In this document: piece by piece, positions 9,788 through 18,941 of the stretch | Numbering within the stretch: the stretch's first letter is position 1 | Layout: the number at the start of each line of letters is the position of its first letter | NCBI GenBank assembly: GCA_016182905.1 | Contig: JACPFR010000005.1 | Span: forward strand, 12,185-76,184 | Reading direction: 5' to 3' | Length of the DNA stretch: 64,000 bases | Source: Elusimicrobiota bacterium | GTDB lineage: Bacteria > Elusimicrobiota > Elusimicrobia > UBA1565 > UBA9628 | Notes under the pieces: model-generated | Seen by the model: the letters and a program-made list of their open reading frames with translations, nothing else | What the model was told of the DNA's origin: nothing | Database searches by the model: none | Translations under genes and position numbers: made by a program

Positions 9788-10741
9788 ATGAACGCTTTCA
9801 AGCAATTGAGCCGCTGGCTGGCGCCCGATGCAAACCACGAATCCGCCGATGCTCTCACCCATTACAGCCATTTGCTGGCCAGTTTGTTGACCATGGCCTG
9901 GTTCGTCGAAGCGCGCGACCCTTATACCGGCGGGCATCTGTGGCGCGTGTCGCGTTATGCGCGGCTGCTGGCGGAGGATGCCGGTTACGGCGATGCCGAT
10001 GCGGCGCGGATCAGTCTCGGCGGGTTTTTGCACGATCTGGGAAAAATCGGCGTGCCCGATGCGATCCTGCGCAAGCCTGAACGTCTGACCGACGACGAGT
10101 ATGCGGTCATCAGGACCCACCCGGATATCGGCATGCGCATGCTCGCCGGCCATCCGCTGGCCCGACTCGTCAGCGACGCCGTGTTTTTGCATCACGAGCG
10201 CCCTGACGGCAAGGGTTATCCGCGCGGCCTGGTTGGCGGCGCGATTCCCGAAATGGCGCGCATCGTCGGCATCTGCGATGCGTTTGACGCGATGACCAGC
10301 CATCGCCCTTATCGACCCGGCATGCCGCGCGACAAGGCCGTCGCCGTCATTCGCGAATTTCGCGGAACGCAGTTTGACGCCCGCTTTGCCGACGTCGTCA
10401 TCGCGCTGGGCGCGGCGGGAAGCCTCGACCATGTGATGGGCCATAGCGATACGGGCATCCCGCTGAGGTCGTGCCCCATGTGCGGCCCCACTTTGGTGGT
10501 GCAGCGCGAGCACCGGCGGGGCGATCACATCTACTGCCGCAACTGCAGCGGCGAATTCGTACTGGAAGAAGAAGACAACTTCCTGGTGGCGGCCCCTACC
10601 GGCAAGCAAGGCCGCGCCGTTGACCTGGAACCCGAAGCCGATACGGCGCTGATCGCACGCACGGTACGCGCGGCTGCAGAAGCGTTGCCTATTGCGGATA
10701 TGCTCAGATCTTCAGCCCTGCCGCTCGGAGCCGGTCGATGA
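9788..10741 (+). CDS. HD-GYP phosphodiesterase with C-terminal zinc ribbon (copy 1)
   Basis: EARDPYT.GH, LHDLGK, HHERPDGKGYP, DAFDAMTS; CPMC...CRNC. Confidence 0.9.
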   Translation: MNAFKQLSRWLAPDANHESADALTHYSHLLASLLTMAWFVEARDPYTGGHLWRVSRYARLLAEDAGYGDADAARISLGGFLHDLGKIGVPDAILRKPERLTDDEYAVIRTHPDIGMRMLAGHPLARLVSDAVFLHHERPDGKGYPRGLVGGAIPEMARIVGICDAFDAMTSHRPYRPGMPRDKAVAVIREFRGTQFDARFADVVIALGAAGSLDHVMGHSDTGIPLRSCPMCGPTLVVQREHRRGDHIYCRNCSGEFVLEEEDNFLVAAPTGKQGRAVDLEPEADTALIARTVRAAAEALPIADMLRSSALPLGAGR

Positions 10742-11061
10742 AGTTTTTCACCCGCTGGGTTGTCAGAGCGAAAATGAGGACCTGCTACTGTCATATCCCG
10801 CCGGATCTCTTGGTCGAGCTCGTCCGGGCGAAGTTCTTCGACCGCGTTCCCACTATCGAGCTCGTGAAGAGGTATCCGAGCGAGCGCGAGCGGGAGTACG
10901 TCCGCACGATCGCGCTGCTGGACGTGCCGGAAGCCGAGGTCCGCGAGCTTCTGAAAGGCGACGCCGCGTTCCTGGCGCACTTCCTGGACTGCCGTCGGCA
11001 CGCGCTTCAGGTCTTGAAGGGGAGGATGAACGACCTCGAGGCGCACCTGAGATCGGCTTAG
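10738..11061 (+). CDS. Hypothetical protein
   Basis: ATGA-coupled to the HD-GYP gene; host-like codon usage; CYCH motif. Confidence 0.55.
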   Translation: MKFFTRWVVRAKMRTCYCHIPPDLLVELVRAKFFDRVPTIELVKRYPSEREREYVRTIALLDVPEAEVRELLKGDAAFLAHFLDCRRHALQVLKGRMNDLEAHLRSA

Positions 11062-11384
11062 GTGGAAAAACCGATGCGGTGCAGCCCCTCCTGCGCGGGC
11101 AGTTCCGCCGTCCCCATCGGGAAGGCGACGGCCGATATGATGACGCCGGCCGGGATGAAGACGTGGGCATGGCAGAAGTCCTCGCCCTTCGCGTCGGGAA
11201 GCTTGCCCGTCCCGGCGGGGCAGACGCTGAACCGGGGGCTGTCGAGCCAGAGACCGTGGCTTTCGACCTTGTGCACGGTGGCCAGCAGCGGGGAGCCGTT
11301 GATGCCGAGCGGTCTCAGCCGCGAGACGACATCGTCGGAAAGGACGAGGATGACCTGCTTGCCCTTCAAGTCGTAGTCGAACAT
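11058..11384 (-). CDS. Hypothetical protein
   Basis: GGAGG RBS; GC3-rich codons. Confidence 0.65.
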   Translation of the reverse strand: MFDYDLKGKQVILVLSDDVVSRLRPLGINGSPLLATVHKVESHGLWLDSPRFSVCPAGTGKLPDAKGEDFCHAHVFIPAGVIISAVAFPMGTAELPAQEGLHRIGFST

Positions 11385-11465
11385 GGGCCTCCGTGACTCT
11401 CCGCGCTCTCTCCAGTTCGTCTCGTCCGCGGGCCGAACGTTACAGCGAGCCTGCTCGAGCGCCCC

Positions 11466-11633
11466 TCATGAGACGGGCTTCAATGTCCCGCCCACGCAGC
11501 TGGAGCAGCGATCCTCGACCGGCGCGCAGCGCGGGCACCACAGCTCCCCGCACTTATCGCACTTCCTCCAGCCCGTCTGCCCGGACTCCGGGCTCATGTT
11601 GCAGTGATTGCACGCCAGCGCGTTGTCTTCCAT
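11466..11633 (-). CDS. 55-aa microprotein with four CxxC motifs (putative double zinc finger)
   Basis: Below the ORF-track cutoff; AAGGAGG RBS then MEDNALACNHCNMSPESGQTGWRKCDKCGELWCPRCAPVEDRCSSCVGGTLKPVS*. Confidence 0.8.
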   Translation of the reverse strand: MEDNALACNHCNMSPESGQTGWRKCDKCGELWCPRCAPVEDRCSSCVGGTLKPVS

Positions 11634-11662
11634 GATGCCTCCTTCTTTGGTTGCCCCTCGCG

Positions 11663-12208
11663 TCAGCCCTTCGTCGCCGGCGCGAACTCCAGCTCCGCGC
11701 CCAGGTTCTTGCCGATTCGTTGAATGAAGTTCCCGGCCGCCACGACGAAGGCGAGCTCGGCGATCTCCTTGGGTGAGAAGTTCCGTTTGAGCGCCTCCAA
11801 GGCCTGGTCATCGGCCTTGATCACTTGCGTGGTCTGGTAGGCGAAGCGGATCACGGCGCGTTCCGCCTCATTGAACGCGGGGTTGTCGAATCCCTGCGGC
11901 CCCAGCAAGGCGATTTGCGCGTCGGTCAGGCCCGCCGCTTTCCCCATCGGGACGTGGTGGCCCTGACAGTAGGCGCACTCGTTGGCGCGGGCGACGGTCA
12001 GGTAGGCGATCTCCCGCACGCGCGGCGTCAGCGAGAGCTTGTTGAAGTAGACATCGAGGAGGCCGCCGAAGGCCTGGGTGACGGGCCCGGAGTGACCGAC
12101 GAGCTTGACGACGTTGGGCACCATTCCGAATCCCTTCTTGAGGTTCTCATAGACCGGCTTGGCTTCGGGAGCTTCCTGTCCTTCGTGAGCGTAGGTCGTT
12201 CGCGGCAT
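11663..12208 (-). CDS. Carboxymuconolactone decarboxylase / AhpD-like protein
   Basis: REIAYLTVARANECAYCQGHH; AGGAGG RBS. Confidence 0.88.
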   Translation of the reverse strand: MPRTTYAHEGQEAPEAKPVYENLKKGFGMVPNVVKLVGHSGPVTQAFGGLLDVYFNKLSLTPRVREIAYLTVARANECAYCQGHHVPMGKAAGLTDAQIALLGPQGFDNPAFNEAERAVIRFAYQTTQVIKADDQALEALKRNFSPKEIAELAFVVAAGNFIQRIGKNLGAELEFAPATKG

Positions 12209-12240
12209 GTCGATTCCTCCTGTACGTCATCCAAGGCGGA

Positions 12241-12281
12241 CGTCGGCGGGTCCGGGACCGAGAGACCCGGACCCGCCGACG
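12241..12281. repeat. Perfect 16-bp inverted repeat (hairpin) between the DUF2063 and CMD genes
   Basis: CGTCGGCGGGTCCGGG (12241-12256) / CCCGGACCCGCCGACG (12266-12281); no U-tract. Confidence 0.8.
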
Positions 12282-12288
12282 GGCCGTC

Positions 12289-13146
12289 TTAACAGCCGCC
12301 CACTTTCGTCATGGGGTCCTTCCGAGTCGGCGGCTCGATTCCTTTGATAAGGCCGCGGGCGACCCAAGATGAGAACCAGCGGCGGACCTCGGCGGCCCCG
12401 GCAACGCCCACCGACTTCGAGGCGCGGGCAAGCACGGCGCCAAGCCGAGCCCCTTCCTTGAGCCGTCGCAGCGTAATCCACTCCAGCCTGGAAATCTCAT
12501 ACACCTTCACCCAGGTCTCATCTCGAAAGAGCAGCAGCCATTGCGCCCGATCATTGCGGAGGATTTTGCCTCCGGCCTTAAGGGGAAGCTCGCGGCGGCG
12601 CCAAAGACGCTCGACGGGCCAATCGACTTTGAGGAGCAGGACCGTCGGATCCAGGATCAGTCTCACGCGCGCCCAATCCTCGTCCCGAATATTTCCGATG
12701 GTTTTAGGATCGAGGGGGAGCAGGCGATCGGCGAAAAGCCGGGTCATGGCGTCCCGCTCGAGCCGGGAGAGGTCCGCCAGGAACGGGTATTTCCGGCCGA
12801 GCGGATGGGAGCGCACGAAGCGAGGAAGGGCCGCGCCTAGATCCGCCAGAGAGGACGACCTCGATGGATTCGAGAGGAGGTAGTCGGCGACGAGAACGCG
12901 AAATTCGTATTCGCCCAGCGTCCTTCTCACGGCGGGGAAATCTGAGGTCAAGGCCTCGTGCAGGCGCAGAAAATAGCCGTCGCCATAGACGCTCAGACGC
13001 GTCGGCGCATCTAGCGGGGGGGGATCTGTGATCCAGCGCAGCGCCGCGGGTCTATTCTTCACGGCCGCCCGCACGCCTTGCGGGTCAGTGAATATCTCTC
13101 GTAAGGATCGCTGGAGACGGGCCAGGTTAGGCGGCGACGGCGGCAT
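12289..13146 (-). CDS. MNIO partner protein, DUF2063 (BufC/HvfC-like)
   Basis: RLSVYGDGYFLRL.EAL..DFP.V...LG, DLSRLE motifs; overlaps the DUF692 gene end. Confidence 0.88.
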   Translation of the reverse strand: MPPSPPNLARLQRSLREIFTDPQGVRAAVKNRPAALRWITDPPPLDAPTRLSVYGDGYFLRLHEALTSDFPAVRRTLGEYEFRVLVADYLLSNPSRSSSLADLGAALPRFVRSHPLGRKYPFLADLSRLERDAMTRLFADRLLPLDPKTIGNIRDEDWARVRLILDPTVLLLKVDWPVERLWRRRELPLKAGGKILRNDRAQWLLLFRDETWVKVYEISRLEWITLRRLKEGARLGAVLARASKSVGVAGAAEVRRWFSSWVARGLIKGIEPPTRKDPMTKVGGC

Positions 13147-13963
13147 CGCGCACCTCCGTGGCCCGCGCCGCTTCGCGCTGAAGCCGCGCAAAGGACGGTA
13201 TCTTGTCATCCCATTCGATGAGCGTCGGCACGCGCCCGAAGCGCCGGATCGCCGCCGCATAGAGCTCCCAAACCGGGTCCGAGACCGGATGATCGTGCGT
13301 GTCGATAAGAAAGCCTCCCTCGTCGGAGTAGCCGGCCAGATGCATCTGCCCTACCCGTTTCAACGGTATGGCGTTGATGTAATCGAGAGCGTCGAAGCCG
13401 TGGTTCACGGCGCTGACGTGGATGTTGTTGACGTCCATCAGTATCCCGCAGTCGGCGCGGGCGGCGATCTCCGCCAGAAACTCCCATTCCGGCATCTCGG
13501 AGTGCCGATAGGTCAGATAGCTGGAGACGTTTTCGATGAGAATCCGGCGGCCGAGGTATTCCTGCACTCGTCTCAGGCGCGCGGCGACATGGTCGACGAC
13601 CGCTTCGGTGTAGGGCAGTGGAAGCAGGTCATGAAGATTCCGCCCGCCGACCCCCGTCCAGCAAAGATGATCGGACACGATGGCGGGCTCGATGATACGG
13701 ATGAGGCTCTTGAGCCGTTTCAGATAGTTCCGGTTCAAAGGATCGGCTGAGCCGATGCTGAGCGAGACGCCGTGAAGCATCACCGGATAGTCGCGGCGGA
13801 CGCGCCCGAGCACCTCGAGGGGCCGTCCCCCTGAGGAGCCGCCCCGCAGTCCCATGTAGTTCTCGGAGTTCACCTCGAACCAGGAGACCGCGGGACGGCG
13901 TGAGAGCACATGATCGTAGTGGGCGGGCCGCAGTCCGAGGCCGACGCCGAGTTCCGGGTTCAT
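13127..13963 (-). CDS. DUF692 multinuclear non-heme iron oxidase (MNIO, BufB-like)
   Basis: GLGLR..H, FEVNSENY, HGVSLSIG, SDHLCW, IENVSSY, DVNN, HLAG, IDTH, EWD motifs; start 13963 after AGGAGA. Confidence 0.95.
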   Translation of the reverse strand: MNPELGVGLGLRPAHYDHVLSRRPAVSWFEVNSENYMGLRGGSSGGRPLEVLGRVRRDYPVMLHGVSLSIGSADPLNRNYLKRLKSLIRIIEPAIVSDHLCWTGVGGRNLHDLLPLPYTEAVVDHVAARLRRVQEYLGRRILIENVSSYLTYRHSEMPEWEFLAEIAARADCGILMDVNNIHVSAVNHGFDALDYINAIPLKRVGQMHLAGYSDEGGFLIDTHDHPVSDPVWELYAAAIRRFGRVPTLIEWDDKIPSFARLQREAARATEVRDAAVAA

Positions 13964-13986
13964 GTCTCTCCTTGAGGCCGCCGGTC

Positions 13987-14313
13987 CTACTTGCTGCCCA
14001 GGTCCTTCATCGGCTCGGCGCCGGTCTTCGCGGCCTTCTTCTCCGGAGGAGTCAGCGTCCCTCCTTCGATGTTCTCGCAGGACTCCTTGGGCATGTACAG
14101 CCAGCCCTGGCCCTTGCAGGAGTTCTTTCCCGCGCATTCGTGCCCCGGGCCGCCGCATTGCCCGTGGCCGCCGCACTTATTGACGCCGTAGCACTTGACG
14201 TTCTTGTCGCTCTTCTTGGCCTTCGACTCCTTGGCCCAACTCGGCGTCGACACGACCGCCGCTCCGACGATTCCCGCCACCGCCGCCTTCAATAACATGT
14301 TGCCTTTCGCCAT
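13987..14313 (-). CDS. Bufferin-type (BufA2-like) RiPP precursor with Sec signal and six Cys
   Basis: Signal peptide then CYGVNKCGGHGQCGGPGHECAGKNSCKGQGWLYMPKESC; directly upstream of DUF692; AAGGAGG RBS. Confidence 0.88.
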   Translation of the reverse strand: MAKGNMLLKAAVAGIVGAAVVSTPSWAKESKAKKSDKNVKCYGVNKCGGHGQCGGPGHECAGKNSCKGQGWLYMPKESCENIEGGTLTPPEKKAAKTGAEPMKDLGSK

Positions 14314-14363
14314 TTGTTCAGCGCCTCCTTTTCTTATTGATGAATGCCTGACCCACCGATTTT

Positions 14364-14390
14364 AGTGCGTTTGGACGCGGAAACGTTACA
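14364..14390 (-). promoter_or_regulatory. ECF-type promoter motif copy 1 (TGTAAC-N15-CGCACT)
   Basis: 50 nt upstream of the bufferin precursor, co-oriented. Confidence 0.72.
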
Positions 14391-14403
14391 TGCCCGAGGT
14401 GAA

Positions 14404-15144
14404 TTATTTGTCGCAACGCGCCGTCGAGCCCCCGCGCTCATTCCGCTCTCCCGTCCAGGGGTCGACGCCGTCCCCGACGGGCATCCGGAGAAGATCCTCG
14501 ATGATGAGGTCTTGAATGGCCGCGCGTGAATGGGGCGCGGCGCTCTCGCCTGAGAACAGGCGTCGCGCGAGCGCCTTCAGGTCGCCGAAGGTGTCCACAT
14601 CGGAGCGCACGGACAGGAGCCGGAAGCTTTCGCCGCGCAGGCGCTCGAGTGTTCGATTGAGAACATCGGGGCCCGACCACTCCATCTTCGCGAAGAGGCG
14701 CGGCATGGGCGCGCGCAGACCGATGAGATAATAGCCGCCGTCCTCGGCGGGGCCCAGGACGGCCTGGACGTCATCGAGGCGCGCGAAGGCCTGGCGCAAA
14801 ATATCGGGCTCCAAGTCGGGGCAGTCGCTGCCGATGACGACGACCTTCTCGGCGCCCGCGCGAAAGGCCTTGTCGAAGGCCGCGACGAGGCGCGCGCCGA
14901 GGTCGCCTTCCGCCTGCGGGAACCACGGCGGCGCGTCCTCGAGCCAGGCCAGGCCGGGGCGTTCGGGGTGCGGCTCGTAAGCGATCGAGACGGCCGCCTC
15001 GCTCGTCAGCCGGGCGCAGGCGACCGTATCCCGCACGAAGGCTTCGTAGACGCGGGCGACCTGCGAGGCGGAGAGAGGAATCTGGAGACGAGTCTTGACC
15101 TTCCCAGGGACCGGCGCCTTGACGAAAAGGATCAGCGAGTTCAT
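14404..15144 (-). CDS. TIGR04282 / DUF2064 glycosyltransferase (arsenosugar-biosynthesis associated)
   Basis: FVKAPVPGKVKTRL, QAEGDLGARL, IGSDCP, LGPAEDGGYYLIG, DVDT motifs; true start 15144. Confidence 0.92.
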   Translation of the reverse strand: MNSLILFVKAPVPGKVKTRLQIPLSASQVARVYEAFVRDTVACARLTSEAAVSIAYEPHPERPGLAWLEDAPPWFPQAEGDLGARLVAAFDKAFRAGAEKVVVIGSDCPDLEPDILRQAFARLDDVQAVLGPAEDGGYYLIGLRAPMPRLFAKMEWSGPDVLNRTLERLRGESFRLLSVRSDVDTFGDLKALARRLFSGESAAPHSRAAIQDLIIEDLLRMPVGDGVDPWTGERNERGGSTARCDK

Positions 15145-15824
15145 GAATAAAGCCTCCTCAGCCTCTCCGGCGAGACCCCGGCCTTGAAGAGCGCGATGAT
15201 GACGACATTTCTCAGGGCGTTGAACACGGGACCGTTGCGCTCGTAGCGCCGCACCGAGGTCAGCACGGCATCCTCCATGACGACGACGGGGCCCAGCCTC
15301 GCGAGCATGGGGAGCAGGTAATACTCCTCCATGATGCTGACGGGCGGGTATCCTCCGACGCGCACGTAGTCTTCCCGCCTGCAGGCGACCGCCTGATCGC
15401 CGTGCGGCACCCCGGTCTTCCGCGAGCGCCAATGCCCCAAAGCGGCGATGAGCCGGTAGATCGGCCTCGCCGAATCGAAGTCGAGGCGGTAGGCGGTCGC
15501 GCCCGGCCGCGGCTTGGCGGCCCAGGCGTCGAGCAGCGCGCCGAGCCAGCCTCCGGGCAGGCGGGTGTCGGCGTGCAGGAACAGAAGAAGGTCTCCGGCC
15601 GCGGCAAGAGCGCCTCGATGCATCTGCACCGCCCGTCCGCGCGCGGGAGACTCGATCAGCTTGTCGGCGACGCGGCGGGCGATCTCGATCGTGCCGTCCG
15701 TGCTGCCGCCGTCGGCCACGATGATCTCGATGTCGCCTTTGCCGGCGGTCAGGCGCAGGCGCGCGACCGCCTCCTCCAGGCGCCGGCGTTCGTTGACGGT
15801 CGGGATGACGACGGAGACCTTCAT
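15141..15824 (-). CDS. TIGR04283 GT2-like glycosyltransferase (arsenosugar-biosynthesis associated)
   Basis: SVVIPTVNE, DGGSTDGT, GRAVQM..GA, FLHADT, GDQ, TSVRRY motifs. Confidence 0.92.
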   Translation of the reverse strand: MKVSVVIPTVNERRRLEEAVARLRLTAGKGDIEIIVADGGSTDGTIEIARRVADKLIESPARGRAVQMHRGALAAAGDLLLFLHADTRLPGGWLGALLDAWAAKPRPGATAYRLDFDSARPIYRLIAALGHWRSRKTGVPHGDQAVACRREDYVRVGGYPPVSIMEEYYLLPMLARLGPVVVMEDAVLTSVRRYERNGPVFNALRNVVIIALFKAGVSPERLRRLYS

Positions 15825-16540
15825 GGCGCGGACCTCGCGGTCTTCGCCATCCACTGGATCAGGCCCGCCGTCAGGGCCGGGCCGGAGACGGGACGGGAGA
15901 GGATATCGGTGCCGTGTCCTCCGACGGACAGCCGCAGGCGTTTGACCGGGCCCGCGACAGAGGAGGCCAGGCGGCCCGCGATCGCGTCGAAATCGGGGTC
16001 GTCGGCGGCGGAGGTGACGAAGAGAGGCCGCCGGCCGTAGGCCGCGACAAATTCCGAGACCGGAACGCGCTTGGGATTGTCGCCCGGGGAGATCAATGCC
16101 GCGCCGCCGAGACGGGGGTCGGAGGCGGCGCGGCGGAAAGCCAGGGATGCGCCGATGCTGGCGCCGCCCAGGAAGATCGAAGAGGGGGAAAAACCGCGAC
16201 CTTCGAGCCAGGCGACGGCGGCGGCGGGATCGCGGTCTACCTCGCGCCAGCGGGCTTTATCCCAGTCACCGGGACCCTGCCCGTAGGGATTCGCGCTGTC
16301 ACCATGACCGCGAGGATCGAGCAAGAGTACGGCTATCCCGGACGCCGCGGCCTTGACCGCGGACGGCTCCCAGTCCTTGCGCGCGCCCCCGAGCATGGGC
16401 ATGAGCACGAGGACGGCGCCGGGAACGCCGGCGGACTCGTGGTAGGTCGCGGCAAGCGCGACGCCGTCCTCCGTTTTGAGAACGACCTCGATCGGGGCCG
16501 CGGCGACCGCGGCGACGGCGAGAGGGGCCAAGAATATCAT
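15821..16540 (-). CDS. Exported alpha/beta hydrolase
   Basis: Signal-like N-terminus; DPRGHGDS, GASIG nucleophile elbow, GHG. Confidence 0.85.
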   Translation of the reverse strand: MIFLAPLAVAAVAAAPIEVVLKTEDGVALAATYHESAGVPGAVLVLMPMLGGARKDWEPSAVKAAASGIAVLLLDPRGHGDSANPYGQGPGDWDKARWREVDRDPAAAVAWLEGRGFSPSSIFLGGASIGASLAFRRAASDPRLGGAALISPGDNPKRVPVSEFVAAYGRRPLFVTSAADDPDFDAIAGRLASSVAGPVKRLRLSVGGHGTDILSRPVSGPALTAGLIQWMAKTARSAP

Positions 16541-16989
16541 CGCGCGACCTCCGCGAGCGAGCGGCGCGCGGCCGCGCTCACCGACTCGTTCTCATCGGCG
16601 AGCGCGGCCGAAAGGTACTGCGCGGCGGCCGGGTCGCGGCGCTCACCGAGGGCCTGGGCAGTCTTGACCCGGACCCACCAGTGACGGTCGCGCAAGGAAC
16701 GGGAGAGCGGGAGCAAGGCGTCTTTGCGCGACACCCGCCCCAGGGCCCGCGCCGCGTTGGCGCGCACTTCCCACCTCGGGTCGCCCAGCGCCTTGACCAA
16801 CGGCCAGTAGGAGCCGTCGGGGCGGCGTTCTCCGAGTTGGAACGCCGCCCGCTGACGGATATCGGATGAGGCGTCCGTCAGGGCGGCGGCCAGGCGCGCC
16901 TCGTCCCAGGACGCGTCCGGACGCGCCCCGGGTCCGCAGGCGGCCAGGGCCGTCAGCAGCATGTACGGGAAAGACGACTCGGCCGTCAT
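16537..16989 (-). CDS. HEAT-repeat lipoprotein
   Basis: LAAC lipobox; repeated L.D....VR..AA.ALG; ATGA overlap with the rSAM stop. Confidence 0.8.
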   Translation of the reverse strand: MTAESSFPYMLLTALAACGPGARPDASWDEARLAAALTDASSDIRQRAAFQLGERRPDGSYWPLVKALGDPRWEVRANAARALGRVSRKDALLPLSRSLRDRHWWVRVKTAQALGERRDPAAAQYLSAALADENESVSAAARRSLAEVAR

Positions 16990-17876
16990 GCGGCGCATGA
17001 CCCGCCTCCGAGCACGCAGAACGAGGCGCAGTGCGGGTGCCGCAGGGCGACCGGACGCCACGACTCCCGCACGGTCCGGCCGAGCTCGAAGCGCGCGTCG
17101 TAGGGGATGAGCGTGCAGGCGACGACGGCCGGGCGCTCCGCGCCGCGGCGCTTGACCACCATGCGCGAGGAGGCGCACATCACCGACTCGGGCGACTTGC
17201 CGAGCAGACCCCAGCACTCGGCGGTGATCTCGGGAAGCTCGCCGGAAGCACCCATCTCGGGGAACACCGTCAGCTCGACCTCCCGGCCGATCGCGCGGCG
17301 GTACCCTTCCCGCGCGGCGGCTTCATCCTCGTCGACGAAGGTCCGCCCGGCCACGGAGGCGCTAAATCCCGAGTCGAGCAGCCACCGCAGGCCGGCCACG
17401 GCCTTGTCGAAGGCGCCGGCGCCGCGTTCGGCGTCGTGGACGGCGGCGGTGTGATGGTCGAGCGAGACGCGCAGGCGCAAACCGCGATCGTGCCGCTCGA
17501 GCAAGGCGAGCAGCTCCGCCTTGCGGTTCGTCATCGGCGCCATCGCGTTCGTGAGAATCAAGACCGAAAAGCCCCGCTCCAGGGACTCCTCGGCCATGGC
17601 GAGAAGATCGGGGTTCATGAACGGCTCGCCGCCGGTGAATCCGATCTCTGTCGCTCCCATCTCCCGGGCCTCCTCGAGAAAGGGCCGGATCTCGGCCGAC
17701 TTCAGATACTCGAGACGATCATTGCGCGGGGAGGACTCGATGTAGCAATTCGCGCATTGGATGTTGCACCGGGTCCCCGTGTTGAACCACAGCGTTTTCA
17801 ACGCGCCGGGCGGCACGACGGCGCGGGCCTTTCCCTGGGCCGTGGTCTCGGCGTCGGCCCACTTAGCAGCAGGCAT
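16986..17876 (-). CDS. Radical SAM enzyme with Cys-rich C-terminus (ArsS-related, no recognisable DUF3641)
   Basis: CNIQCANC, FTGGEP; tail ECW...MCASSRM...VACT...HCASFC...SC. Confidence 0.88.
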   Translation of the reverse strand: MPAAKWADAETTAQGKARAVVPPGALKTLWFNTGTRCNIQCANCYIESSPRNDRLEYLKSAEIRPFLEEAREMGATEIGFTGGEPFMNPDLLAMAEESLERGFSVLILTNAMAPMTNRKAELLALLERHDRGLRLRVSLDHHTAAVHDAERGAGAFDKAVAGLRWLLDSGFSASVAGRTFVDEDEAAAREGYRRAIGREVELTVFPEMGASGELPEITAECWGLLGKSPESVMCASSRMVVKRRGAERPAVVACTLIPYDARFELGRTVRESWRPVALRHPHCASFCVLGGGSCAA

Positions 17877-18909
17877 CGCCGTTCCTCGCTTTCGTCGAGA
17901 ACGGCATGTTCGTCCCGCAGCCCGGGAAGATGCCGAAATGCTTCGTCGTGTCGCCGAAGAAGTCGAAGTGGCGGCGGTAGCGGCTCTTTTCGAGCATCGA
18001 CGCGGTGTTGCCGCACACCGTCATGATCCGCCCGGCCTCGAAGCGGTGATGGCCGTCGAGCTGAAACGCCTGCGGCGCGTCCGCGATCGTCCCTTTATAC
18101 CTCACGGCCTGGCCGTAGTCTTCGCAGGCGGGCTCAAGACCCGTGAGCTTGAACAGCCGGTAGGTCGCCGAGTAAAAGCCGATGTGGCCGGCGCGCTCCC
18201 GGATCGGGCCCTTGTCGAGAGCCAGCGGCCGCGACTCGACGAGCCGCGGGTCGGCGAAGCCCGCGCTCTTGGCGAGAGGAAGAAAATCGCTCCAATACAA
18301 CGCGCCTCCCAGGCATTCTCCGTACAGCACGGGGTCGTTCCTCAATTCCTGAGGTACGCGTCGGTCGGCGTAGACGTCAGAGAAATACATCTCGCCGCCT
18401 TCCTTGAGAACGCGCCGGGCCTGGCGCAGGACAGCCGCCTTGTCGCGCGCGAGGTTGATCACGCAGTTGGACACGACCAGGTCGAACGAGGCGTCCTTGA
18501 GGCCGATCTCATCGAGGCGCGAGATGTCGCCTTTGATGAACTCCACGTTCCCGTAGCCGAACGCCTTCGCGTGATGCGCGCGGTTGCGCTCGGCGACCTC
18601 GAGCTGCTCGTCGGTCATGTCGACGCCGGTCACGCGTCCCGCTCGGCCGACCAGTTGGGAGAGGACATAGCAGTCCCGTCCGGAGCCGGAGCCAAGGTCG
18701 AGGACGCTCAGACCCGTCAGCTCGCTCGGGATGGTCAGGCCGCAGCCGTAGTAGCGGGAGACGACCTCCTCGCTCACCCTCGATAGCGCCGCGCGCACGG
18801 CGCGCGGCAGGTCCGAAGGCGAGCAGCAGGCGTCGGTTTTCAGGTCGGCGCCGCTTTTCAGGGTCTTTCCGTAATAGTCGCGGACTCCGGCTTCGATGTC
18901 GGCGGGCAT
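17863..18909 (-). CDS. arsM: Arsenite S-adenosylmethionine methyltransferase (AS3MT-like long form)
   Basis: ACC, YYGCG, LDLGSGSGRD, VSNCVINL, GECLGGA (all four catalytic Cys positions) and a C-terminal CC. Confidence 0.88.
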   Translation of the reverse strand: MPADIEAGVRDYYGKTLKSGADLKTDACCSPSDLPRAVRAALSRVSEEVVSRYYGCGLTIPSELTGLSVLDLGSGSGRDCYVLSQLVGRAGRVTGVDMTDEQLEVAERNRAHHAKAFGYGNVEFIKGDISRLDEIGLKDASFDLVVSNCVINLARDKAAVLRQARRVLKEGGEMYFSDVYADRRVPQELRNDPVLYGECLGGALYWSDFLPLAKSAGFADPRLVESRPLALDKGPIRERAGHIGFYSATYRLFKLTGLEPACEDYGQAVRYKGTIADAPQAFQLDGHHRFEAGRIMTVCGNTASMLEKSRYRRHFDFFGDTTKHFGIFPGCGTNMPFSTKARNGDACC

Positions 18910-18941
18910 AAGTCAAACCTCCATGGAAATATCAGCCGTCA

